From NCBI GenBank assembly GCA_964597365.1, contig CAZQXW010000003.1, positions 15,139 to 79,138 of the forward strand: a DNA stretch of 64,000 bases. Direction: 5' to 3'. The position numbers and the translations under genes were made by a program. Numbering within the stretch: position 1 is the stretch's first letter; every line of letters starts with the position of its first letter. Under the pieces are notes generated by a model that had not been told where the DNA came from, did not search any database, and worked only from the letters and a program-made list of their open reading frames with translations. Shown here in pieces: positions 1 through 7,566 of this stretch. This stretch comes from an uncultured Thermoplasmatales archaeon. Lineage in GTDB: Archaea > Thermoplasmatota > E2 > DHVEG-1.

Positions 1-623
1 CGAGGCGGAGTTCCTTTTAGATAATCAAAAAACTCATAAGTTTCACTAGTAACATCAAATACAGGACCACCAAGCGTTTTGTTGATCAACTTAGAAATTA
101 CTTTTGCAATAGGTCCTTTGCTTCCATACTCACTAGGTTTCTGAAATCGTTGAAAACCATCAATAATTCCATCTTCCAAAAATATCCTTAACAGGTGTAA
201 AAATTGGATTTTAAACATGCCCATAAGAATTGAGTGACTTCCGTTAATATATATTGTCTCTTTGCCTTCTTGCTCTATCTTAGTACTTGCGTTTTCATCG
301 TTATAAACAAGTAAAGTTACAAAATTATCGATCCTAAATGGAAGGAATCTATCATACTGCGGAGTTATAATAGGAACGTTTAGTCTAAAAAGCCTTAGTG
401 GAGCAAGTAAGAATAATCCTTTACCTTTTGTACTTATTTTAAGAAGACCTGTTTCCCAGTGGACTTCATCACTCTCGTTTTCCAGAGATTCTGTAAATAT
501 TTCGTCTGTTTTTGTTGGGTTTTCAATTTTAAGCATTGTACTAGCATTTACAGCACTGGAAAAAAAGGATACTGTCAATAGTATAGTTGTACAAAGCAAA
601 ACAAAGATTTTTTTATTTTTCAT
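1..623 (-). CDS. Secreted hypothetical protein (partial; continues beyond the window start)
   Basis: Reverse strand ATG at 621-623 gives MKNKKIFVLLCTTILLTVSFFSSAVNAST..., a clear N-terminal signal peptide, and the frame stays open to position 1. The start lies in the last 11 nt of the upstream giant gene (AAATGAAAAATAA overlap). It is absent from the ORF track because it runs off the window edge. Confidence 0.45.
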   Translation of the reverse strand, partial: MKNKKIFVLLCTTILLTVSFFSSAVNASTMLKIENPTKTDEIFTESLENESDEVHWETGLLKISTKGKGLFLLAPLRLFRLNVPIITPQYDRFLPFRIDNFVTLLVYNDENASTKIEQEGKETIYINGSHSILMGMFKIQFLHLLRIFLEDGIIDGFQRFQKPSEYGSKGPIAKVISKLINKTLGGPVFDVTSETYEFFDYLKGTPP

Positions 624-3600
624 TTTTTTCCCTCCTTTTTAGTAAATAAACAAGAGAAACTATAACAATTGAAATAATAGCAATAAATACTATTAGGTAA
701 TTTTCTAAAAACGAAATAGGTTGTTTTTCATTTGGATAATTTGTTGCTCCAAAAGGACTATGACCTTTAAGATCAAAAGAACTTTCACTTCCCACAGGAC
801 CTACTTCTTCTTTCTGCCAATAATTATCATTACTGTAGTTTGTACCAGGGACAAAAACTCTTAAATCAGGATCGCCAAAATAAATTGTACTCTGCGATGT
901 ATCCCACCATAATTGAGATTCTGAAGTATCGCCATTTTTACCTCCTAAATAAAGGTTACCAACATGACTTAAGCCTTTAGTATAAGCTTCCCCAACTGTA
1001 TCTCCAAGGACGATGTCTCGTGGTATTGATTGTTGCCAAACAGCGCCATATTGGGAGGTGCCCCAAGGGTTTTGTATCTGGAAAACAGTCCCATGTCTAA
1101 TCAGCATCAAATGTAAGTATGTATTGGCTGTATCACACATTGTTGTAACAAATCCAGCAGAATGAAGATTTCCTAAGTTTTCCTCAATTTCTGCTGATGA
1201 ATATCTGTAGTACTGAAATTTAGAATGAGCAATACTACCAACAACTCCATCTTTTAGGTTTTCGACATCAAATGGGTCGAAAAATGGAGTGATTTTATTT
1301 AAAACTGTTTTAACAGGTTTGTAACTTAAAACCCAATCAAGCGATGGAAATGAAAGCGGAGTTTTTATACCAGTATAAGGCAATGTCCCCGCAATATCTG
1401 CAGACATAGTATCAGGTTCCTCAGTAGAACCATAATACCATTCATATCCTCTCCAAGGGTTTTTTTCTTCAAATACACTTGCAGTAGGTTCTAGGCTATC
1501 AAAAACTTTCCTTAAGTTAAAACTTAGTCTGACTAATAACGAACCTATAAGAGTATTCCTTAAATCTAATATTTTTTTATGACCAAGAGCTATTTTTGCT
1601 GAATAAAAATTACGTTCTTCAAAACCTTTTTCAGGGTTCCAAAATAAAGAAGAGCCGCCATTCATGGTAGAACCATGAGAGCTGTGCACCCACAGAATAA
1701 CTCCTTTGTTAAGATTTTCTACAACCGAATCCATATTTGTTGAAAAAGCACATGAATAACCACCTTTTCTCAAATAAAATGGAACAATACTTGACTCATC
1801 CATATCTGGATAAATATTTATAGCCTCTCCTGATGTTTTATCCATTTCAGTTGGATCGATGTTCTCACCCGTGGCATAAAAACCTGGAATGAGGCCATCA
1901 GCACCAACATATTTTTCATCATAATATTTGCTTGCTCTTTCGTTAAATCTATGCTGATACGAAACAAATGAACATAGAACAGGGAATTCAAACTCTTGCA
2001 TCTCTTCTTTTCTTACCTTTTCATAATTATTCATGTTTATTTCCACAAGAGACTGTTTTGTACTTAAAAAACCCAACAAACTCGCGCGTTTTACGCTAGT
2101 ATCTCTCTTACTTACACTGCCGTTTTCCAGCTCAATTAAACCAGTCAAAGCAGGATTTTGAAAGACCAAAGAAGGATAAAACATATTTCTTGAAATAGAA
2201 TATGCTATGTCAACAGGCGAGCCGCAGAATCTTCCTGAATTAGCAACACCGGGGAAAATACGATCCCAACTAACCCCTATATCAAATTGATCTGCAACCG
2301 TTATTATCGTCTCTTTACCTTCTCTGTCAAAACCCAACTCTTGTAAAGCCTCATATATTTTTTCTCCAGTGCTTATCATCTCAGATGATGATGGATAACG
2401 GTGTTCTCGGTCATCTGAAAAGTGTTTCCAAAATTCATTATGATAAACAGCAGATGAAGAAAGTTTTGGATGATTTTCAAGTATTATCGGGGCCGATCCA
2501 TGGTGTGCTGCAATATATGCAGCAGGTCCAATAAAAAGTGCTCCTTTCTTCTCACCATCAACTTTCAAAGTTTCATGATTCCAATAACTCCAAGGATTAG
2601 TAGTAGTAAAAATTACATCGTTTTGATCTGTTTTGCTTTGTATATATTTATAGATTTGTTCTACTGTCTTATATTCTGATTTTATTTTTGCTATTTCTTT
2701 TATTTTGTTAAAAGTAGAATCTGAAAGATGATTTCCAATATTTACAAGATAAATATTTTCAATACCTAGCTTATATAATACATCTGAAGTTTCTTTTGAT
2801 AAATCGTCCTGTGACGTATAAATGAGGGGAGAGTTTAAAGTACTTGCAAGAATAGCCCCTTCAGTTGCAGAAGTAATAGAATCTAAAAAGCTGACAGAAT
2901 CATATTTATCCCAGCTATATTTTATCTGAAAATTTACAGGTTCTTTAACATCATTCATAGAGAATATGGATATATAATAGCTAGTTTCCGGCGGACATTC
3001 CCCTAGGGAATCCAATGATATGATCTTTGACGTTTGACCCTCATCACAGGCAGCTGTATATATTACCTCCCCGGCTGGCCCAATTATAGAAAAACCAAGA
3101 GCTGCATCGGATGATTGCCATTCTAACTCAAATTGTGCATTTTTACACTCAGACCTGGGCTTTTCTGGTATTTCAATAGTTTCTATACAAGGGTATAAAG
3201 AAAGGTCAATGTTATATGTAAGAGTTTTTGAGAAAAGTGCTTTTAAAGGCTGACCTTGAGTTTTTAGTTTTTCAGTTGGCAAGTCAACTATTCCAACTTT
3301 CCAAGAACCTGGTTTATAAACATATGAATGGGTATATTTATGTCCAAGGGGACCAAAACCAAAGTCAGAAGAAGATTCGCTTTGAATCCATTCGTTATTT
3401 TTATTGTAATACAACTGGACAAGTGGGTCTCCAGAGGGATCTGCGGCTGAAAACATGCCTGCTTTAGACATAAATATTGCATCCCACCATAAATCTGCTT
3501 TAATGTATCCATATCCTTGTGGTATATTAAATTCTTCAAATTGAGGCTTTAAATAGTTTGTTCTATCTATCCTTATTGTATCTAGATACTTGATATCTTT

Positions 3601-4197
3601 TGCTGTAAAAATTCCATCAATTGTTCCAGAAATTGTTTCTTTTTCTCTTTCGTGGCCTATATCATCTATAACGGCAATAACTGCATCATCTGAATAGGAC
3701 CATTCACTTAAAGCAATCTCATTTGCAATTGTACAGGGGTCTGTTGAGTCTATAAAGGTATATTGATCTGCAACCCATCTCTTAATATCCTTTTCGTCTG
3801 TATTAATTGCCACAATTTTATCAAATTCACCGTCGCATGATTCTTGCCAATCAGTCATGAAATAGTTAAGACCTTCACTTGAATCTAAAACAGGATCTTC
3901 AGAGTAACGTTCATCTTGATAAAACAAAAGAGGGTTTGAAAATAAAACGCCGCTTTCTTTAAAAACGGTTGTGGGTACTGCTGCTAAATAGGCATAGTCA
4001 TCCAGATAACTTTCATCATCAAAACCGACAAAAGTTGTTTTCTTCAAAGGGATAACAGGTTTATATGATGGGCAACTGCCAATTCCCGATATATTTGTAC
4101 CTGCAGATACATTTAAAACATTAAAACAGCACAATATAAATAAGAAAACTATCGAAAGAACAAATAATTTGTTTTTAGACACAGACCTGTTGTTCAT
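613..4197 (-). CDS. Giant secreted cell-surface protein (1194 aa) with possible clan-CD (gingipain/clostripain-like) caspase-fold peptidase domain; N-terminal signal peptide, C-terminal TM anchor plus basic tail
   Basis: ATG start verified. N-terminus MNNRSVSKNKLFVLSIVFLFILCCFNVLNVSAG is a signal peptide. C-terminus ...YLIVFIAIISIVIVSLVYLLKRREKNEK is a TM anchor with basic tail. His-Gly motif VILWVHSSHGSTMNGG lies upstream of Cys motif FVTTMCDTANTY, ordered as the catalytic dyad in clan CD peptidases. The domain call is tentative. Confidence 0.8.
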   Translation of the reverse strand: MNNRSVSKNKLFVLSIVFLFILCCFNVLNVSAGTNISGIGSCPSYKPVIPLKKTTFVGFDDESYLDDYAYLAAVPTTVFKESGVLFSNPLLFYQDERYSEDPVLDSSEGLNYFMTDWQESCDGEFDKIVAINTDEKDIKRWVADQYTFIDSTDPCTIANEIALSEWSYSDDAVIAVIDDIGHEREKETISGTIDGIFTAKDIKYLDTIRIDRTNYLKPQFEEFNIPQGYGYIKADLWWDAIFMSKAGMFSAADPSGDPLVQLYYNKNNEWIQSESSSDFGFGPLGHKYTHSYVYKPGSWKVGIVDLPTEKLKTQGQPLKALFSKTLTYNIDLSLYPCIETIEIPEKPRSECKNAQFELEWQSSDAALGFSIIGPAGEVIYTAACDEGQTSKIISLDSLGECPPETSYYISIFSMNDVKEPVNFQIKYSWDKYDSVSFLDSITSATEGAILASTLNSPLIYTSQDDLSKETSDVLYKLGIENIYLVNIGNHLSDSTFNKIKEIAKIKSEYKTVEQIYKYIQSKTDQNDVIFTTTNPWSYWNHETLKVDGEKKGALFIGPAAYIAAHHGSAPIILENHPKLSSSAVYHNEFWKHFSDDREHRYPSSSEMISTGEKIYEALQELGFDREGKETIITVADQFDIGVSWDRIFPGVANSGRFCGSPVDIAYSISRNMFYPSLVFQNPALTGLIELENGSVSKRDTSVKRASLLGFLSTKQSLVEINMNNYEKVRKEEMQEFEFPVLCSFVSYQHRFNERASKYYDEKYVGADGLIPGFYATGENIDPTEMDKTSGEAINIYPDMDESSIVPFYLRKGGYSCAFSTNMDSVVENLNKGVILWVHSSHGSTMNGGSSLFWNPEKGFEERNFYSAKIALGHKKILDLRNTLIGSLLVRLSFNLRKVFDSLEPTASVFEEKNPWRGYEWYYGSTEEPDTMSADIAGTLPYTGIKTPLSFPSLDWVLSYKPVKTVLNKITPFFDPFDVENLKDGVVGSIAHSKFQYYRYSSAEIEENLGNLHSAGFVTTMCDTANTYLHLMLIRHGTVFQIQNPWGTSQYGAVWQQSIPRDIVLGDTVGEAYTKGLSHVGNLYLGGKNGDTSESQLWWDTSQSTIYFGDPDLRVFVPGTNYSNDNYWQKEEVGPVGSESSFDLKGHSPFGATNYPNEKQPISFLENYLIVFIAIISIVIVSLVYLLKRREKNEK

Positions 4198-4300
4198 TGC
4201 TATCTATTTATATATTATTTTATATAATATTAAAAGCTTATAGTACAATTTTCCTCATAAAATGATTTTGAGTTTATTAATAAAGCATGATTAGAGCAGA

Positions 4301-4954
4301 TTATGAACAAAATGGGGGAGGAAATAATTCGCTAAAAACATCTATGGCTTTATCTACACCACGTGCAGTGCTTGAGTATGAATCATCAATATGTACTAAA
4401 AAACGACCGTAGGCCTCTGCAAGCACGCTCTTATCATATTTTATAATTAAGTCTAAAATCTCATCTAAATCATTAATTCTATAAATTACTTCAGAACCTC
4501 TATTCATAGAAATTAAAACATCTTCTTTAAGTAATTTTTTAATATGAAATGCTATAGTCGTACGATGCTTGTTTAAATGATATCCTATTTTAGAAGGGTG
4601 GTCTTTCCATTTTTGTGCAAATTCAATGATTCCTTTCTGAGAAGATGAAAAGTAAAGAATCAAGTATAATATTATACTCCTAGGGACGGGCTCTCTAAGT
4701 ATACTTAATAGTTTTTTTTCATTTGCACTAATTTCTTCAGATATATAAAACCTCAAATAGCCTTTCTCAGATTTTTTTGATATAAATCCTTTTCTTTGAA
4801 GATAATTAAGATGATATTTCAATGTAGAAGAAGGCATATCCAGCTTTCTAGATATCTCTCTAAAGTGATAACCAGGGTTTTCTTTTATAAAATTATAAAT
4901 CTCGTTTCTTGGTTTAATGTCTAATATTTTGTCTACAGTGCTTCTTCTTATCAT
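4301..4954 (-). CDS. Transcriptional regulator with two winged-helix HTH repeats (ArsR/TrmB-like)
   Basis: ATG verified. N-terminal wHTH (IYNFIKENPGYHFREISRKLDMPSSTLKYHLNYLQRKGFI) and a second wHTH (IGYHLNKHRTTIAFHIKKLLKEDVLI). Confidence 0.7.
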   Translation of the reverse strand: MIRRSTVDKILDIKPRNEIYNFIKENPGYHFREISRKLDMPSSTLKYHLNYLQRKGFISKKSEKGYLRFYISEEISANEKKLLSILREPVPRSIILYLILYFSSSQKGIIEFAQKWKDHPSKIGYHLNKHRTTIAFHIKKLLKEDVLISMNRGSEVIYRINDLDEILDLIIKYDKSVLAEAYGRFLVHIDDSYSSTARGVDKAIDVFSELFPPPFCS

Positions 4955-5056
4955 AAATACCTGCTTTTGTTAGTCCACTAATTATAGTGTTGTATTGCAA
5001 ATTATATAAATATATGGATATGTTTTATTCGACAAATAAACAAGAATAAAAAAGTA

Positions 5057-5260
5057 TTATTTAACAGAATTGTTTAACTCTTCAACAAACTTTTTAACAT
5101 CAACACCATGTACACTTGCAATGTCACTGAGTTTTTCATATGATGCTGCAATACAGCCGATACAGCCCATATTATATTTTTGAAAAACTGGGATTACCTC
5201 AGGGTGCTTTTCGATTACTTCGCGTATATTCATATCTTCTGTTATTTTTCCACATGACAT
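5057..5260 (-). CDS. DUF1858 family small redox protein (hybrid-cluster-protein-associated disulfide protein family)
   Basis: MSCGKITEDMNIREVIEKHPEVIPVFQKYNMGCIGCIAASYEKLSDIASVHGVD matches the DUF1858 pattern with its paired Cys. The ORF-track start at 5272 is GTG. I prefer the in-frame ATG at 5258-5260, which is preceded by AAGGTGA. Confidence 0.65.
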   Translation of the reverse strand: MSCGKITEDMNIREVIEKHPEVIPVFQKYNMGCIGCIAASYEKLSDIASVHGVDVKKFVEELNNSVK

Positions 5261-5298
5261 TTCTAATTTCACCTTGATTTAACAATTGTTATTATCCA

Positions 5299-5312
5299 AC
5301 TGTATATAGATA
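5299..5312 (-). promoter_or_regulatory. Candidate TATA box (TTTATCTATATA on minus strand) for the DUF1858 gene
   Basis: AT-rich TATA-like element about 40-50 nt upstream of the 5260 start, followed by the Shine-Dalgarno-like AAGGTGA. Confidence 0.3.
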
Positions 5313-5340
5313 AACTATAAAAAAATATGGTGAGGAGAAA

Positions 5341-5420
5341 ACCGGACGGAAAAGATTTCCGGGAGGAGAGGAAAAACACAGGATCTAAACTTATTTTGTG
5401 AGGGGACCGTCCGGGTGTTT
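5341..5420 (+). ncRNA. Candidate small structured RNA or bidirectional terminator: GC-rich island with a 9-bp closing stem and U-tract
   Basis: ACCGGACGG (5341-5349) pairs perfectly with CCGTCCGGG (5407-5415), enclosing about 57 nt that contain smaller hairpins (TTTCC/GGAAA and CACA/TGTG). GTTTTGG follows on the plus strand and TTTTCTCC on the minus strand. A TATAAAAAAA element sits about 25 nt upstream at 5316-5325. The element lies in a 270-nt intergenic gap and is far more GC-rich than its surroundings. Confidence 0.3.
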
Positions 5421-5542
5421 TGGATACAAATCAACAAATGATAACCTTCATATTTAAACAAAAACAACAGGTTATTGAAAGTATTCATGCATCTGTTTAT
5501 AGCGTTTTACATAAGATAGTAAAGAAAAAAGAGAGATTTGAT

Positions 5543-6226
5543 TTATTGTGCCGGTGGATTACTTGGTGGTTGTGGCATACTAGCCATTGGTATTACTTCT
5601 TTTTCTTTCAAAAACAGCATTATCCCTGCAATAAGGGAGAATATTGCTGCCAATATCATCAAATACCAGGCATAGGATGGACCAGCTGACACTTCCACAC
5701 CACTTTCACTTAAGCTATACCAAAATCCTATTTCCCCTGTTTGAGAACCATAAGAAGCCGCTTGTGACTCTACAAAGCTTGAAAAACCGGTCATAAAAAC
5801 TATAACAGCAAGCAACGAAAAAACAGATACTGCCAATGCTAAAATTCTACCAATTTTCTGGAATTCTTCTTTATACATGCTTAAAACTATAAAAACTAAA
5901 GCAACTATAGCAGAAATAAGAGTAATAATTGTAAGAATAAGAGTATTACTAATAGCATCCAAGAAACTTGTATCCATACCTGCTGTTTCGTATTGTTCTT
6001 TAAGCTCTGATAGATCAATAGTTTGCTTCAAGGAAGCTCCCCCCATACCAGACGAAGATCCTTCCATCTTTGTTAAAAAAACATCTGCATTAGATTCACT
6101 TTCCATACTCATAAAACCCGTACCAGAATATTTCGAATGCACAGAGTACCAAGATCCAACAAGACCAACTGTGATAAACACAAGCGTCAAAACAGTAAAA
6201 ATAGCACTTATCATTTTTTTGTTCAT
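5543..6226 (-). CDS. Hypothetical membrane protein (about 4 TM), Pro-rich C-terminal tail
   Basis: Hydrophobic segments ISAIFTVLTLVFITVGLVG, LILTIITLISAIVALVFIVL, LALAVSVFSLLAVIVFMTGF and WYLMILAAIFSLIAGIMLFL. The ORF-track start is TTG, so I use the ATG three codons downstream (MNKKMISAIF). Confidence 0.55.
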   Translation of the reverse strand: MNKKMISAIFTVLTLVFITVGLVGSWYSVHSKYSGTGFMSMESESNADVFLTKMEGSSSGMGGASLKQTIDLSELKEQYETAGMDTSFLDAISNTLILTIITLISAIVALVFIVLSMYKEEFQKIGRILALAVSVFSLLAVIVFMTGFSSFVESQAASYGSQTGEIGFWYSLSESGVEVSAGPSYAWYLMILAAIFSLIAGIMLFLKEKEVIPMASMPQPPSNPPAQ

Positions 6227-6283
6227 ATGATACAAATAATGTAAGTAATATAAAAAAACGTCGAGAAAATAATCATGAAATAA

Positions 6284-6700
6284 TCATATATCAAAGAGAA
6301 CCTGCACATGACATGGCTTTTTCTTCCTAACTTCAAGTATATGGTAAGTTACAGCTTTAATTTCAGCACCTGCTTTATGCTTAGAAAAATCAAATTTTTC
6401 ACCAAAAACAGTTGCAGTAAGCTTCTTATTATGATTTTTAAGATTTACCTTAAAAAACCCAAAGACTAGGTTTTTTGCACTATTAAGGTACAAAAGTTCT
6501 GAAAGCCAATCAACAAGCAATTGCTCAGAATCATCTGCTTCAAGTTCTATATTATATTGACCTACACTTTCAATTTTAGATTTATCTGTAATAATATCAA
6601 ACATCGCATGGGCTGCATTTTCAAAACATTCTGAAAGACTATTCCCATTTGCTTTAACACCAACATCTGCGGTGTGATCGATTAACTCGTACTTTTGCAT
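6284..6700 (-). CDS. Archease (chaperone/activator of RtcB-type tRNA ligase)
   Basis: MQKYELIDHTADVGVKANG...LEVRKK fits the archease family, including the N-terminal HTAD motif and overall length. The ORF-track start at 6721 is TTG. The ATG at 6698-6700 gives the canonical archease N-terminus. Confidence 0.85.
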   Translation of the reverse strand: MQKYELIDHTADVGVKANGNSLSECFENAAHAMFDIITDKSKIESVGQYNIELEADDSEQLLVDWLSELLYLNSAKNLVFGFFKVNLKNHNKKLTATVFGEKFDFSKHKAGAEIKAVTYHILEVRKKKPCHVQVLFDI

Positions 6701-6816
6701 ATAAATCGCCTTTAATGACAAAGATGTATAAAAGCTTAGATGTTAAAAACAATTTAAAGAGATAAACGATTATTTATTTAAATATATAATTTATACACTA
6801 TAGCAGGAAGATAGGG

Positions 6817-7218
6817 ATGAAGGAGAAAATACTAATAGTAGATGATGAACCAGATGTACTTGACTCTCTTAAAATGGTTTTAGAAGCACAGAATTATGAT
6901 GTGGATATCGCAAGTAACGGTGCAGAATGTTTAGAAAAGCTTGAGAGCGGTTTTAAAGGGATAATACTGCTAGATCTCATGATGCCTGTAATGGATGGAT
7001 GGGATACAATAAAACAAATAATTGAAAAAGGTTACATGAAAGACGTTGCAATAGAGATAATAAGTGCTTTTGGTACAAGAGAGAATAAAAGAATGGGTAC
7101 ACTTGAGCCTTACATATATGACTACCTTTCAAAACCTCTTGACATAAAAGAACTTGTTGAAAGTGTCAAAAAATGTAATGCATATCTTTTTGCAAAAGAT
7201 AAGGAAAAAAGTATTTAG
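6817..7218 (+). CDS. Single-domain response regulator (CheY-like receiver)
   Basis: ILIVDDEPDV...ILLDLMMPVMDGWDTIKQI...IEIISAFGT...YDYLSKP is the canonical REC signature with phospho-acceptor Asp and the T/K residues. ATG verified. Confidence 0.85.
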   Translation: MKEKILIVDDEPDVLDSLKMVLEAQNYDVDIASNGAECLEKLESGFKGIILLDLMMPVMDGWDTIKQIIEKGYMKDVAIEIISAFGTRENKRMGTLEPYIYDYLSKPLDIKELVESVKKCNAYLFAKDKEKSI

Positions 7219-7496
7219 AATTCTAAATAACTAAGACTTCTTAACTGCTGCAAGAATAAAAACAATCTCTGATCAATTTCTTCTTCGTCAGGAAATTCTT
7301 TTTCTACAAGATGAAGTATTTCTTCAACTGTTTTTAAACCGTCGCAGTTCTGCCATACAATACTTCCCAGCTTGTCAAGATTGGCTGTAAAACAGTTATC
7401 TTTTTTTATAACTTTACAAAAAGATTTACCGAAGTCTGTTTTAAACTTCGGCACTTTAATTTCAACTAAACCATCGTCTTTTAACTCCCATTTCAT
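7215..7496 (-). CDS. PqqD-family protein (RiPP-recognition-element-like small peptide-binding protein)
   Basis: ...FTANLDKLGSIVWQNCDGLKTVEEILHLVEKEFPDEEEIDQRLFLFLQQLRSL fits the PqqD/RRE consensus (W..lDG..tv.eI....e.y.vd.e....d...fl..L...gll). The ORF-track start at 7583 is TTG and would overlap the OPT gene. I prefer the ATG at 7494-7496 (MKWELKDDGLVEI..., 93 aa). Confidence 0.55.
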   Translation of the reverse strand: MKWELKDDGLVEIKVPKFKTDFGKSFCKVIKKDNCFTANLDKLGSIVWQNCDGLKTVEEILHLVEKEFPDEEEIDQRLFLFLQQLRSLSYLEF

Positions 7497-7566
7497 ATCA
7501 GCCCTTTTAGGCCGATATGTTAGGAATTCTTCAACTGTTGGAAGTGTTGGTGTCTGCTTCTCTGGT

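Noticed and set aside
5420-5689. 89-aa plus-strand ORF
   Set aside because: It overlaps the 3' end of the minus-strand membrane-protein gene. It is Trp/Phe/Tyr-rich and low-complexity, with no recognisable domain. It is most likely an antisense frame artefact.
5877-6230. 117-aa plus-strand ORF
   Set aside because: It is entirely antisense to the better-supported membrane-protein gene and has no start context.
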